64,000 nucleotides of DNA from a virus. The stretch lies in the UHGV virus genome UHGV-0010228; one strand, written 5' to 3'. Of this stretch, positions 61,561-64,000 are shown in pieces (the first letter of the stretch is position 1; the number at the start of each line of letters is the position of its first letter). The notes under the pieces are model-generated. The model saw nothing but the letters and a program-made list of their open reading frames with translations. It was not told the origin of the DNA and ran no database searches. Position numbers and translations under genes: made by a program.

Positions 61561-61761
61561 ATGGCAAAAACAATTCGCGGAACACTTATTGTTCCACCAA
61601 AAATAAGTGAATCCCTCAAACAAGAAATACAGGATGAAATCAAAAATGCGTCAGTTGACTATAGTCAACTGACTAATATTCCCGTTTTAAAAATTGGAGA
61701 TTACGTTTTTGATGGATCATCCAGTTTAACTATTCCAGTATATAATGGCTCAATAAAATGA
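61561..61761 (+). CDS. hypothetical small protein (66 aa)
   Basis: ORF with taggaggg RBS. Confidence 0.4.
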   Translation: MAKTIRGTLIVPPKISESLKQEIQDEIKNASVDYSQLTNIPVLKIGDYVFDGSSSLTIPVYNGSIK

Positions 61762-61783
61762 TACTATATTCTGGAGGTAAATT

Positions 61784-62242
61784 ATGAATCTAATTGTAAA
61801 TGAAAAAAATAATTGGGAATTGAATGGAGTATTAAGTACGAATGAGTACAATACAACATTAACAACTGCAGGATCATTTGTTGACAGAAATATTGAACTT
61901 CATATTAGAACGCCTGAAGGAAAAGCTACAATATCGAATGTAACATTAACAGTTGATCCTGAAATAAATTACAATTCGGAAAAAGATAATTATAAAATTA
62001 CAGTTTCAAATACAGTTCAATTATCTCCAGACGTAACACCAGGTTGGATCGAACAAGGAACTAGTGGTAATGTTACGATTACTGGAGGTATAGAACTTAA
62101 TAAGAGTGCGATGACTTCTTCTTTGATAACTGATGAATCAACAAATTCTGGATATAGATATTATAGAACATCTGCATCTGCAGGATATAATGATAATAAT
62201 TTAAATTCAGATATTGAAGTATATCAAGGAGAATTTAAATAA
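61784..62242 (+). CDS. hypothetical protein (152 aa), possibly fibre-associated
   Basis: ORF with ctggaggt RBS. Located between two fibre-like genes. Confidence 0.4.
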   Translation: MNLIVNEKNNWELNGVLSTNEYNTTLTTAGSFVDRNIELHIRTPEGKATISNVTLTVDPEINYNSEKDNYKITVSNTVQLSPDVTPGWIEQGTSGNVTITGGIELNKSAMTSSLITDESTNSGYRYYRTSASAGYNDNNLNSDIEVYQGEFK

Positions 62243-62262
62243 ATTGAGGGAGGAATTTGAAT

Positions 62263-64000
62263 ATGGCGGATACAATTAATAGTAAACAATTGGTCCATGA
62301 TGATACTTCGTGGTCGTATAAAACTAAGAATCAAAATGGCACATATACTGCAGCAAATGTACCACTTGAATCACAGACAAAAACATTTACATTCGCTACT
62401 GCTGGAAAATATGTTGATAAAGACATTGCATTTTCAGTCAAAGCTAAAGATGGATCTGGATCAATATCTGGTGGTGGCTTAACGATAGACGATATTAGTA
62501 TAAGTGCAGGTAGTTCATATCTGACTAGCACCAATACAGGTTTAGCAATTACTGTTGGCAATAAAGCAACTAGAGCAGCTGCTAGTTATTCTGTTGGAAC
62601 GGCAGGATGGGTGGATGCAGTGGGCGACGTTACTGGTTTATCATCAACCAGTGCTAGTAAATCATTAACAAAATATATTATAAAAGGTGCTGCTAGTGTT
62701 TCTGCAAGTCAATCAATTGGTGTAAGTGGTTCAATTAAACATGATGGATCCGGAAATCTCTCAATTTCAATGAGTGGTTCAAAATCAATTACTGGTTCAG
62801 TTAGTACAGCTGGTTGGATAACATCTGTATCCGCAGCTAATGTAAGTGCTAGTGGTTCAGCATCTGCAAAGGCTTCTGATCTTGATTCAAACCTTAAAGC
62901 TGAGAATATTCTCACTGGTGTTAAAATCTTTGGTGTAACTGGTAAACTTCCAGAAGCTTCATTCTTAAATGCAGTAAAAACTGGTGAAAGCGCCGATGAT
63001 TATACTGATATTTCTGATGCTGAATCAACTCCCGTGCTTATCTCTGGAGACTATTTATATATAACTAAAGGCTATGTGAATGGAAATAAGAGAATTTCAC
63101 TTGCTAAATTAGTTCCAGATAAAGCATCACTTGTCACTGCAGGTGCTTCAAATATGCGTTCTGGAACTACAGCATATGATAACGATGGTAAGCTTGTGTC
63201 AGGTACAATGCCTAATGCGGTTATTACATCAGGTGCAGCAACATTAAAATCATCATCTGTAGGTGCATTAGCAAATAGTAAGTATCCATTAACGGTTACG
63301 GTTACTGCTGCAGCTCCTACGGTTGGTACAACTGGTTATATTTCATCGTCTGAGGGTACTAAGAACGCTAAAGATTCTTCGGTTACGGTTCAACTTACAC
63401 CTGCAACTTGCACCGTTTCTGGTGGTGGGTTAACTGCTGGATCAGGGTCTTCATCAATTAATGTAAATGGCTATTATGATGGCACTAATGTATCTTCAAC
63501 TGATAAGGTTACGCTTACAACAACTGCAGCTTCAGGTTATTATAAAATAGGCACAACTGGTAAGGGTACAGTTAATAGAGCGGCTATTACTGATACTCAT
63601 ACTGCTGGTTGGTTACCTGCTAAGTCGGCTTCTACTATTAGTGCCGCAACTTCACTTTCTTCTAATAGTGGTACAAGCACATATTATATTAAGAAGTCAA
63701 CACTTACAAAGGCTAGTACTGACCCAACTACTCCTACACAGAGTATTACACCATCAACTTCTAAGCAGACATATATTATTTCTGAGGGTTACTATCCATC
63801 AGACAGAACAGTTACGGTTGCTGCTATGACAAATGGTGCTATCAGTGCAGCAGATTCAACATCAATTACAGTTACACCTAAATTAGGTACTGCTGTAGAA
63901 GATGTTACTAATCTGAAGTACAATGTGCCAATTACTGTATCTGCTTCTGCTACGGCATATGCTAAAGTTACTACTTCTGGTTATGTCACTAATGCTAATA
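62263..64000 (+). CDS. large Ser/Thr/Gly/Ala-rich fibre/adhesin-like protein, 3'-truncated by the window (at least 579 aa)
   Basis: Open frame from ATG 62263 (gagggagg RBS) to the window end. Repetitive beta-rich composition. Not in the ORF track because no stop codon lies inside the window. Confidence 0.55.
   Translation, partial: MADTINSKQLVHDDTSWSYKTKNQNGTYTAANVPLESQTKTFTFATAGKYVDKDIAFSVKAKDGSGSISGGGLTIDDISISAGSSYLTSTNTGLAITVGNKATRAAASYSVGTAGWVDAVGDVTGLSSTSASKSLTKYIIKGAASVSASQSIGVSGSIKHDGSGNLSISMSGSKSITGSVSTAGWITSVSAANVSASGSASAKASDLDSNLKAENILTGVKIFGVTGKLPEASFLNAVKTGESADDYTDISDAESTPVLISGDYLYITKGYVNGNKRISLAKLVPDKASLVTAGASNMRSGTTAYDNDGKLVSGTMPNAVITSGAATLKSSSVGALANSKYPLTVTVTAAAPTVGTTGYISSSEGTKNAKDSSVTVQLTPATCTVSGGGLTAGSGSSSINVNGYYDGTNVSSTDKVTLTTTAASGYYKIGTTGKGTVNRAAITDTHTAGWLPAKSASTISAATSLSSNSGTSTYYIKKSTLTKASTDPTTPTQSITPSTSKQTYIISEGYYPSDRTVTVAAMTNGAISAADSTSITVTPKLGTAVEDVTNLKYNVPITVSASATAYAKVTTSGYVTNAN

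Noticed and set aside
1-64000. CRISPR arrays, tRNA genes, integrase or transposase
   Set aside because: No direct-repeat/spacer periodicity was seen. No GGTTCGAATCC-type T-arm or cloverleaf candidates turned up in the GC-richer patches. No integrase, transposase or RT (YxDD) motifs were found in any ORF. The region reads as contiguous lytic-phage DNA.

Overview
This window is AT-rich (about 30% GC), densely coding phage DNA. Almost every gene has a strong AGGAGG-type Shine-Dalgarno site, and rho-independent terminators (often bidirectional palindromes) sit at frequent strand switches. I recognise a large terminase subunit, a prohead-protease-like protein, a secreted glucosaminidase, a FEN-type 5'-3' exonuclease, a gp25-like baseplate protein, several highly expressed virion proteins with distinct codon usage, a fibre/adhesin cluster at the right end, and, unexpectedly, a polyphosphate kinase 1 (PPK1) homologue. 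A gene with clear similarity to multisubunit RNA polymerase beta-prime is interrupted near its catalytic DxDGD motif by an ORF-less group I intron of about 400 nt. That points to a phiKZ/AR9-like jumbo phage of a low-GC Gram-positive host. Three other things stand out. First, at least nine genes across 4.4-35.4 kb carry conserved N-termini (MFDLYNTLESYNII, MNDIIVMEGLI, MGILSDFE, IEAMEGLI); the MFDLY and MNDIIVMEG genes additionally share nucleotide-identical promoter, ribosome binding site (RBS) and first ~20 codons. Each N-terminus ends in a [A/S/V]-x-E|G motif that looks like a prohead-protease cleavage site, so these are probably packaged or ejected internal proteins assembled from modular cassettes. 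One member has a G11 tract inside that leader. Second, a CCC_UAA +1 frameshift site appears to fuse an abundant 585-aa structural protein to a beta-helix-like extension. Third, there is a cluster of seven or eight small membrane proteins behind a shared 29-nt upstream element, a perfect G10-loop-C10 hairpin after the major fibre gene, and 300-bp internal repeats inside that fibre gene. No CRISPR array, tRNA, integrase or transposase was found.
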